Assembly: GCA_013115145.1 (NCBI GenBank)
Contig: JAAPAO010000100.1
Span: 14,364 to 78,363 of the forward strand
Direction: 5' to 3'
Length of the DNA: 64,000 nt
DNA from: Perkinsus chesapeaki ATCC PRA-425
Lineage: Eukaryota; Protista; Perkinsozoa
A program made the translations under genes and the position numbers. The notes under the pieces were generated by a model. It searched no databases, was not told the DNA's origin, and saw only the letters and a program-made list of their open reading frames with translations. Below are positions 59,140 through 64,000 of the stretch, piece by piece. Position 1 is the stretch's first letter, and each line of letters starts with the position of its first letter.

Positions 59140-62100
59140 TCAGAATAGACGATTGACGTTAGTGATTATCCTTGAACATACGCTAGGATCCATTTTGGTG
59201 ATTTCATCTTCCTCGGTCATCTTCACCTCTCCAGTGTCTCCCTCCTCCGCATTATGGGCTTTTACTGCCACTTCAACCGGTGTTGTTGGCAGTTTAGTCG
59301 GTATCGTCGCAGTCGTCGAGGTAGAGAAGTGTACTGTTATGGTCTTCTGTGTTGTAGCGCTAGTGGGTGGTGGATAAGTCGTCTTCTCAGTCTCTGGCGT
59401 TGGCTGGGGATTCACCACTCCACTCAGTGATGATGCTTCATCTGACATAGGAAGCGGTCTGCTTATAATCGGGCCGGGCATACTTGACAACAAGATATCA
59501 ACGCTACCGATGGCCGGATTAAGTGGGCACGCGAAAGTCGAGGACCCTCCAACTTTACCTGAGTTTTTGCTAGCTGGAGTAGCAGGAGGCGTCGGCGTTA
59601 CCGAAGATACGCCACGAGACATTGCTGGGGAAATCATTCAAGTTTGAATATCACATAATCCGGTTCACCTTCTCTGAGGGGCTCGGGTGGCACGCGCACA
59701 ATCATCTCTTGTGGTATCATAAACCTCGATGCACATGCGTTGGTCAGCGCCTTGAGGAATGAAGCCCCCTTCGGAACTTGGGATTTCAAAAAATCGATGC
59801 ATGTCATTTCGCTGCGGACGGAAGTATTGGTGTATGTAATTCTAAGGGAGAATCGATGCCCAAATATGATCAACAATAACGAACTCACTCAGGCTCGCCA
59901 GTCGCTTCGTTCTTGCATCGAAAAGCCCCTATCCAGTCCCCGACTGGGGGTCTGTAGAGTCCCATGTACAGTTGTGGTGGGTTGCCGTACATGATGCCAC
60001 ATAGATCGGGTGATAGAGATACCATCTGAAGAAGGCAGCCAATAGAATCGGCAGAGGGGGTTATCGAGGACGGACTGTGGTCAGCAAGCTCATACAATGA
60101 GAATGTTAAGGAGCCCCGCGAGAAATTGTATACAGAACAATCCGAGCGTCAGAGCAAAATACCCTCAACAATGCAATCGCTTCCTCACCGAGTCTTCCAC
60201 ATCAGAAGTGCGCTTCTCTGGGGCGGAGTCCTTCACGAGAGGGGTACCTGATTGCAGGGAAGGTGTAGGCAAACTCGATACATGCTTTTTGCAAGCTTGC
60301 CTCGTGGACTTGAGAGATACTCAACCTCTCCATTTAGCACTGTCGCTTGGCTATAATCACAAACCATCCTAATTGCCTGTTCGGCAGTGGAGCTGCTCGG
60401 CAAAGGGAAGCCTCCAATAACTTCTCGGCAAGTAGCATCAGGATCACTCGTGACGAAGGTGTAATGGTCCCTAAGCTCTCGAACGTGAACATAACGTTGA
60501 ACAGCTTGTTTGCCTCACCTGATCATCTGCCTCAATTGGTTATGGCAGTGTCCTGCGAGCTTCCAGCGCCCGGTACCGGTTTTGATTAGCATGAACGTGG
60601 GGGCGTTGGGGTCGCCAGTGTAAATGTCGCACTTGGGCACGCTCTCGGATCCGTATACTCGTATCTGTTAGCAAAAGTAAATAGAACCGGAAAACAGATG
60701 AGCCTGGTCCGACAGTCTTACCGCTTCTCTCCATGGGGTAGTGCGGTAACGTTCGACAGTGACGCGAAGTGACCTGAGACTCAAACTGTTAGCTTTGTGC
60801 TGTAGAGGGGTCGAGGCTCCTCACCTAGCTTGCAGAAGACACATGCCTGCAATGAACGATCTGAGGGAGGAAAACGTCATCACTAGAAGGTGGCTTGAGG
60901 AATAAATAAATGGGGCCTGTGAAAAAACTACTTCCAGATCGTGGCTAAACTTCAGTCCTCGGCCGCGTAACAGAGCCCAGTTGCACAACTCAAAACAGCC
61001 TTGCGGTATAACACTGCAGGCACATGATGCGGCAGCAGCCGAAAGGGGCTAGAGAAGCGATGGCCGAAGGGCGCTCGCTCCGTATATCAGAAGACATACA
61101 AAACAGTCATTATAAGGATGCTGACTATCCCGCTCGAATATTCCTTCGCATTTGACTTCTGAAAGGTGATGTATCAACGTTGTGGCAAATTGCCACTGGC
61201 AATTGACTTACATCTCCAGAATCACTCTGGGCGTAGAAACGAGGTCGCAGCACGCGTTCAATGACACGACGATCATCCGCAGTTATCATACTCCTCGGCT
61301 TGCTCTCCGTCTGACAAGATCAAAGTGACCATAGCTTTACACTAACCAGAAATATGAACCATCTCCGACCACGACAGAGTTTGGAAGGAGTCCGCCGCAC
61401 AGATTTCTCACCGTAGCGATGTGCGACAGCTCATAAAGCTTCGCAATCCCCCCAGGAGGTGGTTGTTCTTGCGACTTATCAAGACTCGTGACGAGTTCTT
61501 CTTCATTAACAGCTTTTATTGGTAGTCTATCCTCCTTGTCCTCTGCATCACCGATTCCGATCCCTCCGCCACTAGCTCCGCTATGTCCAGCCACAGACCC
61601 ACTCGTTTCAAGAGGGTCTTTTGTGGGACCTAAGGCCAATTTTACGTAAGGCTACTATTGTGGCGCCCACTCTTATCGATGTGCTTTGGGCTTGGTGCGA
61701 GTGTGGAGTAAGAATCCCTGTAAACCAGCGGGTTTAACTCGAAGGCTAAGGAACGAGAGAGGTGCTGTTGAGAAACTATACCTCCCGCATACCTTCCCCC
61801 AATGGCTTTGGTGGCTCGTTCACTCTATATTTGACAAGAATTGTATTCAGAGATGTGCATAGCTCCTTCATGGTATCAGCAGCTGAGAGCTGCCCAACTC
61901 CTGGAGTGGAGCGTAAGTACTTCTCGCAATCTCCAGACAACCCTTTTCCGAGATGTACGAAGTGAGTCCTGATACGAAAACCCGACTGACTGGTCCACAA
62001 GCGCCACATGGAATCCATTCTACTTCGTTTCTCGTGTGTCTGCGTCCGTACATTTAAGCCCCATCGCCCACTGACCAGCGTTAGGTGCGAAAACACCGAG

Positions 62101-62171
62101 GGAGAGACCAGATTCCCCAGGAAGATATATGCCGCACAGATTGGGATCGATGGATACAATCTACCATGCAA
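59140..62171 (-). CDS. Multi-exon hypothetical protein(s) with a Pro/Thr-rich C-terminus
   Basis: Coding-like exons (CEKYLRSTPG..., KCDIYTGDPNAPTFMLIKTG, EMTCIDFLKSQVPKG..., 165-aa terminal ORF). May be more than one gene or continue the mucin-like gene upstream. Confidence 0.4.
61182..61203. mobile_element. Perfect 7+8+7 excision footprint (GTGGCAAT)
   Basis: GTGGCAA ATTGCCAC TGGCAAT. Confidence 0.85.
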
Positions 62172-62341
62172 TAGAGCTTACATTCTACAAGTCGATATCA
62201 ACGAAATCTCTTACTGAGTCATGCCAAGATGATGGCGGGTTCGTATCGCCATCCGATATACCAACGGCACCGGAATTCCCTCGCCCACCTAAACTGAACG
62301 GATTTCGGACTGCCGACCTCAATATAAACAGAATGATGCAC

Positions 62342-62471
62342 TTAAAGGACCGAAGACTCACCTGCCACTGATGCATGCGGTTCATTTCCGTTTTGTTTGG
62401 GAGAGCCTTGATTATTCACTGACGACGTGGTGGACGCCGATGTTGGAGATAGACTCGTGTTAGTGGTCGTT

Positions 62472-62512
<41 letters not shown>

Positions 62513-63042
62513 TGTTGTTGTTGTTGTTGTTGTAGAGGTCTTTTGTTTTGTCGGCAAGAGTTTTCCCACGTTGGAAACTGAAAAAGTTCGAAAAATGTAG
62601 CGTTCGTACTATGACAATAACACCTACAATAGCTTTGATCACACATCACAGACCTCGCCCAATCGAGAGACTTCCCCGGCACGAATCCAACAGCTCGGAA
62701 GTATCGTAAGCAAAACTCCTTGTTATGTGGCTCAGGTATATCCAGATCTTTCGATATATAATTTATTTGCCGGAAGGAATTGAAGCCTTTGTGGTGGCAA
62801 TTTGTGATGACGTAATTCTTCGGCCTTATCATTATTTTGACAGACTCTGTGGTGCCTAGGTCACAGCGGTCGTGATAGGCATAATATGATGCCTGCTCTT
62901 CCCAGCCCATACCGGGTCTTACAGCGATTTCGGAAGTCCTGAACAAGGTGAAGTAGAACCTCAATCGCAATCGACAGGCCCACCAGGCGTGACTCTCAAC
63001 TGAGAGCAATCCAACAAGAATGAAGGGGCGTATCATAACCAT
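62342..63042 (-). CDS. Secreted Cys-domain plus Thr-tract (mucin-like) protein; probably continues downstream
   Basis: On the minus strand (the track label + is wrong). Signal MVMIRPFILVGLLSVESHA; Cys-rich domain; a putative 32-nt intron moves the frame into KQKTSTTTTT...PTTTNTSLS. Confidence 0.6.
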
Positions 63043-63548
63043 CAATAGAAGGTCAGGAAAGAAGCACACTGAATACAGATATGCATAAATATCCACTGAA
63101 CCGCACCAATGGCAAAGGATCTATTCGAACGAGGCGGAAATTCCGTCAACCCAACGAATTGCTGGTACTAAGATAAGCTGACGCCCAATTCTCCATTTTA
63201 GAACTTGCCCCGCATGGTTTTAATTGAGAACGCGAAGTGGTGATGTAGAACATGTCAACAAGTTACAACATTAGAAGAACAGCATAAAGCTAACACAGAA
63301 AGCATGCGAGTGGCCGCTGAATTCGTATTGATTAGTGGTGATAACTAGCACTAAGGATACTGCCCGAAACAGGCAGCCAGATACATTATAAGCCGCTTCG
63401 ACAGTTGATGAGAAAAACTGGAAAACTATCTTCTATAGGAATCTTCATTGCAAGCGAGTTTCAAGTGTCGGTCATGTTACTAAACTTATAACAAACGTGC
63501 GTTCATAATGCTGGAACTGCAACCCTTTGAGTGATCGGACATTGAGGC

Positions 63549-64000
<452 letters not shown>

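Noticed and set aside
62416-63096. ORF track entry labelled + strand (226 aa, MDIYAYLY...)
   Set aside because: The listed protein is the translation of the reverse complement (GTGGATATTTATGCA starting at 63096), so the strand label is wrong. Treated as a minus-strand gene.

Overview
Gene-dense eukaryotic DNA with many short (about 30-80 nt) GT-AG introns. Intron size, tandem alveolate-type MATH-like domains, a dinoflagellate-type RRM protein and small secreted-protein genes suggest a Perkinsus-like alveolate (inference, no database search). Recognisable genes: coiled-coil/MATH protein, EamA transporter, MSH4, TPR protein, MFS transporter, eIF3g, uridine kinase-UPRT fusion, GT11-like fucosyltransferase, two tandem GH35 beta-galactosidases, a signal-peptide GNAT acetyltransferase, an RRM protein, a PRMT with a degenerate SAM motif, an F-box/RCC1 protein and Thr-rich mucin-like genes. 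About 7.9-21.5 kb is a rearranged accessory region: a duplicated segment (EamA tail to MSH4 tail) brackets a 5.8-kb mosaic, and one copy carries a 166-bp solo LTR with a 5-bp TSD. The main discovery is a recurrent 22-bp signature: 7 nt of an 8-mer, then its full reverse complement, then 7 nt of the 8-mer (7+8+7, net +14 bp). A manual, non-exhaustive scan found 9 perfect, 10 near-perfect and 2 longer variant sites. Three have an empty single-8-mer site in a paralogous copy, and the 8-mers fit nTnnnnAn. This is what hairpin-mediated excision of Ac/hobo/Hermes-type hAT transposons would leave if repair annealed the two palindromic overhangs. Note: the ORF track labels 62416..63096 as +, but the listed protein is encoded on the minus strand. 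Exon boundaries were inferred by eye and are approximate.
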